DNA of 39,260 bases. Origin: Jimgerdemannia flammicorona. Its lineage: Eukaryota. The notes under the pieces were generated by a model that saw only the letters and a program-made list of their open reading frames with translations, was not told the DNA's origin and ran no database searches. Positions within the stretch are counted from its first letter, which is position 1. The number at the start of each line of letters is the position of its first letter. Below, one piece after another: positions 1 to 10,773 of the stretch. The position numbers were made by a program, and so were the translations under genes. The stretch lies in contig RBNJ01000146.1 of the NCBI GenBank assembly GCA_003990765.1, forward strand, positions 1 to 39,260, written 5' to 3'.

Positions 1-1256
1 TTTTTAACAGACTCAATGTCCTGCAGATTTTTATTGGAAGAGAACCTAGACTATATAGGCCAAAACCCTCCCTCACCACCCATCAAGCACTGTCCCCTTA
101 TTAACCTAGACTAGCTATTGTCCAGCAGCTCAACTATACTAGGTGCAGTAGGGCCTATATTGGCCTATATCTTATTCTGTGCACTATGCTCTCCCTACTA
201 TCAGGGGGAACCCAGTCATATGCCAATGACTGAAAGCACACACCTGAGACCCCAATATATGTATAAGGCCATGCCCAAGCTGAATAGAATAGTCTCTACC
301 ACCTCAAGAAGAATAACAGGCAAAGAAAAATCCTCATCAAAGTACATCACAGTGGGTAGGGCTTGGTTCTCCCAGTTAAGGTGAGTAAAGGACTTATACA
401 TGAGGTAGGAGGAGACTCCCAATACTCCACTACTCAAGTCTGTAGGCCTTGATCACATTGTTGTATCAGCTCTTAGTTCTAGTTAAGTATAGCTAAGATA
501 TCTGAAATGGGTAGCCTTGGGCTCCCTGATCCTCTCCAATGACCAGGGCCCAATCTGCTTAATTGCCAAAAGAAGCTGAGAGTGATACCTATCACCTAAC
601 CACTCTGCACTAATCAAAAGGCCCCACTGAAGCAATACCTGCCCCAACCCCAATGACTGCCCCTAGTCTGGTACCCTACTAGTTTACCATAATTGCCCTT
701 CCTCCTATCTGTGATGGCCATCTCTCCTTCTATCCCAACATCACCCAAAAAATAATCACCTATACCAGAACTATGCTTGCCGGGAAGCTTGTCAAAGCCA
801 GAGGGCCTGACCACAGATACTGAGGACCTGCAGATAATCTATACTGAGCACTTGATACTCAAGATCAGCCAACTCTCTATATAACCCATGATACACTGAG
901 ACAGCATCTTGTTGGCAATGGCAAAAGGAAGAAAGCACTGCACCAAAATAGATGCACTTCAGATATAGCTGAAGATACCAGAAACTGCGAAAAAGTAGAG
1001 AAGATACTGATTGGATGTCAATAAAGAGACAACTCATTACCATTGCCTTCTCTCCACTGCCCTGCAATAGGTACAGCAAACCAACCTGAGGTAGAGGGGG
1101 TAATAGTTGTGGAAAGTGGACTTGGAAGGTTGCCTACCAAACCATTGTAACTGGTAAAGTAGCAGAGAAAGAGGTGATGTTCATGATTTGTTATTTGTAA
1201 GATCTTGACATAGAGTAGTATATAGTCTTAGAGAGATGTTAATTAGCCACTAAGTA

Positions 1257-1268
1257 GGGCTCATAACC
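1257..1268 (-). promoter_or_regulatory. Primer-binding site, half-tRNA-iMet type (GGTTATGAGCCC)
   Basis: Lies 2 nt after the LTR end and resembles the GGTTATGGGCCC internal-tRNAiMet PBS of copia-type (hemivirus) elements. Confidence 0.75.
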
Positions 1269-1270
1269 TT

Positions 1271-1432
1271 TGTTGTAAATATGTTGGGAATATGGAGTGG
1301 GGAGAAGAGCAGCAGTATTATTTATTGATTGCTCACACTTTTTACATGTCAAGTGACATAGCTCAAGAATGACGTAGTTATGTATAAGCCACATACATAT
1401 AATTGAGATGTCAAATAATAGGAATTTCAACA
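1271..1432 (-). repeat. Copia LTR (162 bp)
   Basis: Minus strand TGTTGAAATTCC...AATAAA...TTTACAACA. The 3' half resembles 4907-5029 and 18939-19078. Confidence 0.8.
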
Positions 1433-1772
1433 CCGGTGTGTCTGCATAGCCTCCCAGGTTTCTATTTGTCCAACAATGTCTTTCTCTGCCATCGACCATA
1501 TATCTCTTACCAAGATGTAAATTGTTTGAGCAAAATTGAATCATCTGTTTCTCCCAAAATAAATAAATTAAAATAAATGAAATAAACAAAATTCGAAAAT
1601 TCATTTTGGTTTACATTCTTAGAAGAGTGCCAGTAAAAGCAATTTTGATTAAGGGTCGTGCAGATATACCATTTCATAAGTCAATTTAATGATTAAGGAG
1701 AATGGCCATATTTGCCATTATTGGCGCAGCAGTGGTCTTACGAGTTGTTAACCCGTTCGCTTTCTTTGGTCG

Positions 1773-2508
1773 CACCCAGACACGGCATCACCTCTGAACG
1801 ATTTGGTAGAGTTTTACAAAAGCCAAGGCAAAAAGAACATGATAAAGCCGCTGTACGAACGGGTGCTGGCGTTCCGTGAGAAGGTGTTGGGACTAGAGCA
1901 TCCAGATACAGCATTTTCTCTGATCAATTCTACAACAAACAGGGCAAAAAGGACAAGGTGGAGCCGCTGTGCAAACGGCCGCTGGTGGTCCACGAGAAGG
2001 TGTTGGGTTCAGAGTAGTGCTCGGAACGAATTGAATCGAGGTCCAATTCAATTCGATTCAAATTTAATTATTTTTAGCTTGTTGGATTTGCCTTATATAG
2101 GCGAATCTAGCATAATAGATTTCGTTAGATTTGTATATGTTTCCGTCGAGAAATCATGTTTCAAATTCTGAAAAAAAAAAAAAAAAAAAAAAAAATCGAA
2201 TCGAATCGGATCAGACCTCAAATTCGAATCCAAAAATCCTCAATTCGTTTCGACTCAAATCAACCAAATTCGATTCGATTCGAATTGATTAGATTCGTTT
2301 GGGAGCACTAGTTCAGAGCATCCAAGCACGGCATAATCTCTGAACGATTTGGTCGTGCTCCACGGCAACTAGAACAAGTACGACAAGTCGGGGTCGTTGC
2401 ACGAACTGGCGCTGGCGATCCATAAGAGGGTGTTGATATCAGAGTACCACGGCATTATCTCTAAACGACCTCGCTTGGGCAAGTACGACAAGTATTAGCC
2501 GCTGTGTC
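1773..2508 (+). pseudogene. TPR-repeat (TPR_10/TPR_12, kinesin-light-chain-like 42-aa repeats) gene fragment
   Basis: Repeats HPDTASPLNDLVEFYKSQGK..PLYERVLAFREKVLGLE / HPDTAFSL..FYNKQGKKDKVEPLCKRPLVVHEKVLGSE / HPSTA*SLNDL..LHELALAIHKRVL. It carries frameshifts, stops and a MITE insertion. Confidence 0.9.
2015..2310. mobile_element. hAT-type MITE (296 bp) inserted in the TPR pseudogene
   Basis: TIRs TAGTGCTCGGAACGAAT...ATTCGTTTGGGAGCACTA, a perfect 8-bp TSD GTTCAGAG (2007-2014, 2311-2318) and subterminal TCGAA/TTCGA repeats. Confidence 0.93.
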
Positions 2509-2583
2509 TTTCAATCGGTTTCTACAGATGGCTGCCTGGATATTCTTAACCTCAAATGGGTTGAGATAAATGTGGCACACGTC

Positions 2584-2612
2584 AAAAAATAAAATAAAAT
2601 AAAATAAAAAAT
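2584..2612. repeat. (AAAAT)n microsatellite
   Basis: Visible tandem AAAAT units. Confidence 0.8.
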
Positions 2613-2700
2613 AAGGAAATTAGAAACCGTCTCAATGACACGACCTTAATTGATCACGTGCCTCACACAATTCCTCCCCCCCGACTTGCCATGTAGCCAC

Positions 2701-4790
2701 CCAAAGAAACTACATTTAACTGACCTCAAGATCTGGACTTGCAATATAAGAGATCACTACAGAAGGAGGAACAATAGACCCTGAATATATAGGCAAAATC
2801 AAGGTCATCCTGAAGAACAATAGTACTAAATAGATTTGAATCTATAGAGAAGAGTAAATTTCCCAAACAGTCTTTATGAAGGTTAAGATACTCTAACTTC
2901 AGAAAGTTTCTGAATTGACCTAAGGCACAGACAGATTGAAGGATTTGGAAGCTCAGACAAAAAGAAGGTATATCTCCTTTAAGTTAGTTACTATATTTTA
3001 ATAAATATACTACTAACTAGTTAAACTTCTCAAGAATCTTATTCTAGAATCAGAAGAGCAGACAATCTTTGAAATTTTTATACCACCAGACCCCAAGAAC
3101 CTCTTCTTTGAACTAAATGAAGATCTCAGAAACCCTGATATAGAAAGATATATATTTTCTAACAGAATAAACTCTATATATTCTTAAGTAACCAATTAAA
3201 GCTAAGATAGTCTCATTCTGTCAAAAGGAACTATCATAAGCCATCTGGTGCCCTATCTCAATCAGACATATATTTAGAGAAGTCTATGAACTAAATCTAT
3301 CAGAAAATGGTAAAAGATCTCAGAGAAAAGGAAAGGCCTCTCTGTGATCTAAGAGAAAGTAAAGCCTTTTACTAATATTAGAGAAGAACTAATACCTCAG
3401 CAACAGCAGCAACTAGTAAAACTCCTTTATAAATATCAGAATATCTTTATTACATAATGACAACCTGCCATATAACCTATCATATATATTACTATAATAT
3501 AAATATAAAAAATATAATACTTATTCAACAAAAACTCTATAGAATACCCCACTATCTAAATATATTTAAGAAAGAACATATTTAGGAACTCTTGGACAAT
3601 AGAGTCATCTAACCCCCTACTAGTCTCTATACTCATTATATCTAAAAAAGAAAGATAGAGACTCTGTATAGATTATAAAAAACTCAATTTAGTAACAGAA
3701 AAGAATACCTATCTTTTATTCTAAATTGATAATCTTCTAGACCAACTACAGAATACTAGATATTTCAGTAGTATGGATCTTTTTGCAAGATTTTATAAGA
3801 TCTCTAAGAATATTCAAAAAACAGTTTTTCTTACTATAGAAAAACTATTTGAATATCTCTAAATATTCTTTAAACTTTACAATATATCTCTAACTTTTCA
3901 AAAGATGATGAACTCTATTTATATTATATTAATTTACTACTGTCTAATTATCTATATAAATAATTTCTATATTTATTTAGCAAATTTCAGGAAATATTTA
4001 TAATATATAAAGAAGTTCTTTAAACTCATCTGAAAGAACTACTTAAGACTCAATACTAAGAAATGCTATTTTCAAAAACAGAAACTCGAATTTCTTAGTT
4101 TTATAGTCTCTAAAAAAAAAACTTATACAGACTTAAAGAAAACTAAGAAGATCAATAACTAGTCAGTACTCAAGACCTTAAAAGAAATACTATCATTTTT
4201 AATACTAGTATCTTACTATAGAAAATTTATTAAGAATTTTGCCCAAATTACTATACTAATTTAAATCCTTCTTATAAGAAAAGTACTATATAAATAGAAG
4301 AAACTACAAGAACTTATCTTCAAAGAACTCAAGTACTATATAACTATAGTATCAGTTCTTGTGCAATCTAATCTATAGAAGTTATTCATCTTATATATAG
4401 ATACTTCTAAAGATGACCTCAGAGCAGTCTTAGCTCAAAAAGGACCTGATCAGTAGTACTACATATATAATAGCTTATATAAGCTGAGCCACTAATAAGC
4501 AGTAAGCCAATTATGATAGTACTAAATTAGAATATCTTAAAGTCATATAAGAAGTTACTTTGTTCAAGCACTATCTTATCAGAAAAAGATTCTCTCTGAT
4601 AACTGATCATGCTGCTCTCAAATAGTTATTTAACTATAAGAAATCTATCAGAATTCTTGTCTGCTAGATTTTAATCTTATAGAATTACAAAATTACCATT
4701 ATTTATAAAGTAGAAAAAGTCTATAACAATATTGATATGTTTTTTTACTAACCCCAATAAATTAGAAAAAGGGTGTACCTAGAAACTATA
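2701..4790 (+). mobile_element. Heavily decayed Ty3/Gypsy pol remnant, family D: dUTPase - linker - RT - RNase H
   Basis: dUTPase motifs SRSGLA, GGTIDPEYIGKIKVIL and EGFGSS (2710-2960). RT-like LCIDYKKLN, YFSSMDL. RNase H FILYIDTS..AVLAQ and LITDHAAL. Many TAA/TAG stops. Confidence 0.88.
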
Positions 4791-4906
4791 CTCTAAAGAA
4801 AACTTCTATAACTATCAAAATACAAAAAGATCTCATCTAATAAGAATACTAAAAAGTCTACTGAGGATAAATAAATATTGAAGAGAAATTATAAAAAATA
4901 TACCAA

Positions 4907-5080
4907 TATTGATACTTCTCTAAATATAAGTTAGAGATATACTTAAGAGATATAATATCTGCTAGTAGTATATATAAAAACATAATCAATAAACAATATT
5001 CTTCTTTGCTCTACTCCATATTCACAACAAAGGTTATAAGTCTGGTTAGCAGCTAAGAAATACCTCTCTAAGCTATATAT
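4907..5080 (+). mobile_element. Copia LTR (~4907-5029) with decayed PBS (GGTTATAAGTCT, 5032-5043) and leader, cut by the family A insertion
   Basis: ...CTACTCCATATTCACAACA-AA-GGTTAT matches the minus-strand copy at 1257-1330. The left boundary is approximate. Confidence 0.7.
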
Positions 5081-6871
5081 TGTGATGGTTAATCTAAATT
5101 AGTAACATAAATTAGGGGAATTAGACATTTGATTGCAGAACCTGAATCTGATTCCCAAATATAGCTTAGTCTTATCAATAGCAGTTATATTTCACTAAGA
5201 GCAGAAACTTTAACATTGGCAAAGTTTTGAGAGATGGTGAAATCTTCACAGATGTTAAAAGATTCAATACTGGTAGAAAATGACTCATTACTTAGCCACT
5301 TTATAGCTAGTAAACTTGTATAAATAACTCAGTATCTTAGAGTGAATAAACCTCAGATCAAAATAGTTCCAAGCAAAGAGAAAGTAAAGGAACTAGTAAG
5401 CCTGCAAACAGATATACTTCGAACTCACCCATCTCTGTATTCTGAGGACTCTGTAGAGTCAAAGAAGATTAAGTTTTTAGGATACAGAAATCTGATATAC
5501 TTCTAAGGTTAAGTGTCTACTACATTACAACTTGGTGCCCATTAGCTAGTAATTCAAGATGAATCCCTCACTTTTAAGCTGAATAATGAACAACTACTAC
5601 CACCTAAATTATCACATAAACCAAACCCAGATACTCAGAAAAAATGGATATGAGACCACTAGTATTTCATGGATATACTTCAGATGAATCAATCATCACT
5701 TTTATTGATAACTTTGAGCAGTATGCTACAGTAAGAATCCTGATAGCAGTACAGTAAGTAGCTCTCATATCTTTCAGCCTATAAGGTCTTGCAAGAGTAG
5801 TATTCACAGCTATAACCTATGTAGGAAATGATGCTGATGCTATACTGACAGCACAGAAGACCTGGCTCTGAAATACCTACTATATAGATGAGATCAAGCA
5901 AGCTCTGAAGGATCAGCTCAATACAACATACCAGGGAATGAGTAAAGATCCAAATACATTCTATACCAGAATCTGATATCAGATAATTCTCACAGATTAT
6001 ACTGATGCTATCCAAGATCATAGCTGAAGTAACCTTTATAAAAAGAGTCTATCCAGAGATAGTTATGACCATTTGTTCATCACTAGTAGTTCTGAATCTA
6101 CCACAAAAGGTCACCTATGCTCAGTGATATTGGATAGCCAGATACCCACAAGACTATACAATGGAAAGAGTCACTAGAGTTAGAATTGAAGCACTCAAGA
6201 CAATCAGTATGATCTCAACCACAATGATCAATCAAAACATATCTCAGTTAAGAGCCACAGAGTAGTAGAGAAACAGCAACCTTATGGAGAAGCTTGCCAA
6301 ACAGTTCACTAAAATGACTGCCCACCTAGGAGATATAGTAAAGGAAATCAGAGGAAGAGACCACTGCTTAGTTCAGAAGTTTGCTGCCATCACAGATAAG
6401 AAGAAAGATATCTACTATAGCTGTAGAGAGGAAGGCCACTATTCTTATGAATATGAGTGAAACCAAGCATAAGGCTCAACTGAGCAATGCTACTAGAAAT
6501 AAAGAATAGGCCAACATTATCACATTTGAGAAAATTGGAGAATCAGATGAAGAATGGGAGGTCTATTCTGTATAGACTACTAAAAAAGATATTCATAAGG
6601 AATCTTACAAGAGGCCACCAGAAAGACCTAAGAAGAACTCAGTAGAAAAACAAATGGAGATAGCCACAGAAAGCCAAGCTAAAGAAATGGATCAAGATAT
6701 AGAGCTTGAGCAGACAGTTCAGGACATCATCCAAGAAATCACTCCAGCAAGTGAAGGAGAAAAGGAGAAGCTCTGCAAGACCAAGACCTTCAAGTATGAT
6801 ATCTTTAAAGACCTCAGCCAACAAAAGGTCAATGTAACCTTTGGTCAGCTTACAGAAATTCCCACCTTCAG
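5081..6871 (+). mobile_element. Gypsy family A 5' fragment: LTR (5081-5529), PBS (5533-5550), decayed gag with zinc knuckle
   Basis: The TGTG...TTACA LTR aligns with 26517-26978 and 37108-37568, and the PBS starts TGGTGCCC. Gag is colinear with 27035-27149 plus 32948-33905. It ends at the chromovirus LTR. Confidence 0.92.
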
Positions 6872-7856
6872 TATAACAGTTCTAGTTTCTAAATGAGGAA
6901 GCAACTAGTTCTGGTTAACTTAAAGTAGCTCAAAGAGATACTTAATGATTTAAGTGTTCTTGAAGGATTTCTGAGAGAAAATATTCTGAGACTTTATTCA
7001 TGAGAACAAAGGGAATATTTATATAAGATCTGAAAGAAGGATCTGGAAGGATCTGAGAAATCAAAGGAAAATGCCAAGAGGAAAGTTCTTGGTAAAGATG
7101 ACAAATGATGACAAATAAGTTTTACAAGTTTTCAGGATATTCCATGACTAGCTAAATAAGTACTAGTTAATGCTCAGTATCAAGAAGGAGATTTCTAAGT
7201 ATGTGGAAAGTACTGGAAGATTATAGAATGTTCAAGAAAGATAGAGAAAAGAAATAAACTACACTAAAATGTTACATCTCCCTCTCCTTAAGAATCAACA
7301 TCCTTGTTGAATTCTCAAAGTTATACATAATAAACAATAAGACTAAAAGAAACTTCAAATAAAATATATTGGCTCATTAGCAAGGACTGGCCATTCTTAT
7401 ATAAGGTGAGGGCCAAAGTATCATCTTAATTAAATGAGAACTAGTTTGAATCTCATTGATTATAAGATTTATAGAGTTCTCCTATATCTCTTATTTCTGA
7501 TACTATATCCTTTACTGATGCTTAATATATCTGATCAGCACAGTATGTCATCTACTATCTAAGGGGAGAACCTCATGGGCAGTTAATGAGTTTCTTTTTG
7601 CTTAAACTCTTGGATGTGATCTTGGGAGTTCTTGAGGTTGGCAGCAGGTTTCCAGGTGGTATCATATTCAGGATAACCCATCTACTTGACTAGGTATTCT
7701 GTGCAATAGTATCAGACTCATTTGTCTAAGATTTTCTTGACTTTATACTCAATGTGGTCTTCAACTATGACTGGTGCTGATAGTGTTAGAATTTGGCCAG
7801 GATAAGGGGGTGACTGGTTCTAGGCCTTAAGTTGTAATATATGGAATACTGGATAT
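6872..7856 (-). mobile_element. Chromovirus (Ty3/Gypsy) 3' end: integrase tail, chromodomain, PPT and 3' LTR (6872-7276)
   Basis: PPT AAGGAGAGGGAGA followed by a TGTAAC...GTTATA LTR, with the chromodomain upstream. Confidence 0.88.
7583..7855 (-). pseudogene. Integrase GPY/F tail plus chromodomain
   Basis: YPVFHILQLK...EYKVKKILDK...EYLVK*MGYPEYDTTWKPAANLKNS. Confidence 0.9.
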
Positions 7857-9329
7857 TGTAATGTGCCAGCTCAATGGAGGCAAATTACAAGGTTGGAGAT
7901 TGATGTAGTTTGGCTTAAGCCCCCAGTTACTTTGTCAAAAAGTAACAAAATGTTCTAAGATTCCTGAGGTTCTTGGTGTTTAGTGGTATAATAGTCAAAG
8001 CTGGATATCTGCGAGTGATTTCCTTATTGGGACAGTTCTCTGGGTGTAGTGGCAATTTGTGTGTGAATAGACTTCCTTCTTGGGTCAACTGGGAATAGCA
8101 GAATTTGTGTGTAGTATGAGCAGTTTTCTTCTTGAGTGATGATCTCTGATTTCTGTGTGACAATCTGACAATTTAGTGGTTCTCCTTATACGGTATCTGT
8201 ATGACAATTTCTGTATAGCATGACAATCTCCTTGTGCATGATGGTCTGGTAATTTAGTAGTTCTCCTTTTTGGGTGGTGAGTGATCTCTGTGTAGCACAG
8301 TGGATTCCTTATGCAGGATATTCTGATAATTTGATGGATAACTCAATTTGGCTCACTGGGAATTGTACGGCATGGGTTCTTATTACTGGAAATAGTACTG
8401 GTGGTGGATTCTTCTCGAGCTCACTGGGAATGACGAATAACTTGGATATCATGGGAGGTGGGTAATTCAATAACTCGGATAACTTGGGTGACATGGATTC
8501 TTCCTGAATCAGCAGAGTTCTTCTGGGAATACAGTAGATAACTCAAAAATGGCAAATGATGTGGATTCTTCCTAAATTGGCAGACTTCTTGAAAACAGTG
8601 ACTTAACTAGGAATTAACTCAGATGGTATGGATTCTTATAAATCGGTGGCTTCAATTGGGAATATGAACAACTGGCAGTGTTCTTTGGAAAAGGGTCTCT
8701 TGGTAAAGTTATGTCAAAGACTGGCTTCATTTGTGCAACGAATCACTGTGAAGTTGCATCAGAAACTGACTTGAGCAAGGTGGCTTTCTTAGGAAGGCAG
8801 AGAATAACTTGGAAATAGCGGCTTATTCCTTAAGCAGCAGACTACTCAAATAGTGGTGAAGTTCTCCTTGAACTTAGGTGGCAAATCTTCAGGCTTATCT
8901 AGCAAGTGAACCAATCAATCTTTGTATTGGAAAGTGGACCAGAGTGGGGAAAAGAGACCAATGCTCAATCTTTAGAGGCTTCTTTGATTTACTTCAACTT
9001 TTTGGACTGAGGTTTATTCACTCTTATCTCTGGGGTAATTTATACAAGTTGGTTGCTATCTGGTTACTATGTGGCTAACTATAGATCTGCTACTTATGGC
9101 AGGTGTACAGAGTCTGTATGGTGTACAGGACCTGTATAGTGTACAGAGTCTGTATGGTATACAGAGTCTGTACAGGTAAACAGACCCCCATCTGATATAT
9201 TTGGCTAATTATACAGTTTTCTGCAGCAATGGTTGCTGGTTACTATGCTGTATGTTTGCATCATCTTGCCTAATTGTTCACATCATCTGGTTAAGATATA
9301 ATTCAGGTGATATGTTTTGGTTTGTCACA
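7857..9329 (-). repeat. Family B LTR (1473 bp) with internal tandem repeats
   Basis: Aligns in inverted orientation with 15977-17247, and has TG...CA ends. Confidence 0.9.
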
Positions 9330-9368
9330 TCAGCCCCCACTGAAGGATAGTCTATCTCAGACTATTCT

Positions 9369-9884
9369 TCAGTCATCATCCCAATAAGCATAGGCTGCTT
9401 CTGCATCTATACCTGTTCCATCATCTTCATTGTCTGTACTGGGGTTACTCCATTCTATGGGCTCTTCTTCTTCTTCAGAGAATAGGATTTTGACAGAGTT
9501 GATGATGCTCAGATAGGTAACAGGGTTCATTCCTTGAATATCATTCAGGGAGAATTGTGCCTGTATAAGGGCTGTAACATTTTGTTTGTAAATGGTGTAT
9601 AGTCTGTCTGTAGCAGTAGTATCTCTTCTGGTCAGACCTGTGGTGTTCCTGATGTAGGTCTGTTCTGGGGCTGGGAGGTTTTGCAATTGTTCACCAATTG
9701 CATAATAGTCCTGCAGTTGGTGGACTTATAATAGGTGTCTGGCCAGGGTGAGATTTTCTTGATGAGCTTGAATCCTTTGAAGGGGGCTTCCATTGGCTTG
9801 GCCAAATTGGGGCAGAGGGACTGGTAAGGCTTGGAAGGAGCTGAGGACCAATGTCTAGAGGCGCTGATCAATCCTTTGGCTCAT
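9369..9884 (-). pseudogene. ORF3 of family B (171 codons, two C>T-type internal stops), unknown function
   Basis: ATG overlaps the integrase TGA (ATGA). MSQRIDQRL*TLV...QDYYAIGEQLQNLPAPEQ...DRLYTIYK...AYWDDD*, with no frameshift. Confidence 0.8.
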
Positions 9885-10691
9885 GGTGTAGAGGGGAAAT
9901 ATGGTTTGAGGTGATTGATATGTACTGGTGTTCTCAGGGTTTGTCCATCCATACTTCTTAAATAGATACTGGTTCTTCTGATGTTGTGTACAAGATAAGG
10001 TTCTTCTCATTTCGGTTCTAGTTTGGTGGCAACATTTGTCTCAATCATGCTTCTCCAAACTAGGACTTGATCTCTAATCTTGATCTCCTGATCCTTCTGT
10101 TTTTGGTTATAATACTTCTTTTGTCTTTCCTGAGCTTTGATAATCTGTCCTTGGGCTTGATTACATAGCTATTCTGCCTTCTTGAGGAGGTCTCTGAGAT
10201 TCTCATGGTCAGCAGTTCTGGTTCTCTTGGCAAACATCATTTCAAATGGCTTTTGTTTGGTGGATGTGGCAGGGGTATTCCAAATTTCCCATAGGATCTC
10301 AGGTAAGCAGAGGTCTCAATTAGTAGGATTAACTTGGGTAAGTCCTTTCTTGATGGTCTGATTCATTCTCTCTGTCATACCATTGGTCTGAGGATGGTAT
10401 GATGTGGTCCTTTTGAGGTGGATCTTGTGAATTTGGGCATAACTTGTGATTATGTTATTGATGAATTCTATGCCTTGGTCAGAGATGAGTTCTTCTGGAG
10501 GTCCATATCTGAGTGTGAGTCTATGGAGGAGGCCTACAATAGTTAAGACATCTGTGATTTCCATTGGAAAAGCCTCAGACCACTTGGTCAGATGTTCTAC
10601 AAATACAAGAATATATTTGTTTCTTTTTGGTGTAACTGGTAGAGGTCTGATTACATCTACTCCCCATCTTTGAAGGATGTGAGTGGGTGGT
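9881..10691 (-). pseudogene. Retroelement DDE integrase core and C-terminus (family B)
   Basis: D,D-35-E context motifs as above, ending HLKPYFPSTP*. Confidence 0.92.
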
Positions 10692-10773
10692 ACACCTTTC
10701 TCTTGTATAATTCATGTTATACAAAACTTCAAGCAAAGGTTTCGACACAACTCAGAGAAAAGGTATTATAAGA

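Larger units (their letters stand above)
1..1432 (-). mobile_element. 5' part of a Ty1/Copia-type LTR element (LTR, PBS and unrecognisable CpG-depleted interior running off the window)
   Basis: On the minus strand a TGTTG...CAACA-bounded LTR is followed by AA-GGTTATGAGCCC. The leader after the PBS matches the leader at 5044-5080. No gag motif was recognised in 1-1200. Confidence 0.7.
7857..10691 (-). mobile_element. Gypsy family B 3' half: integrase, ORF3, PPT and long 3' LTR
   Basis: Integrase motifs QRWGVDVIRPLP, ISDQGIEF, SYHPQTNGMTERMN and KLEPK*EEPY. PPT CAGTGGGGGCTGA. LTR TGTGACA...CATTACA. Confidence 0.93.

Noticed and set aside
2171-2195. A25 tract as a retroposon tail
   Set aside because: It is internal to a TIR- and TSD-bounded MITE and has no TSD of its own.
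5533-5550. Assigning a specific primer tRNA to the A/C PBS
   Set aside because: The copies disagree at transition sites, so assignment needs the host tRNA set.
8274-8494. Short ORFs inside family B LTRs
   Set aside because: They arise from tandem repeats and are not preserved between the two LTR copies.
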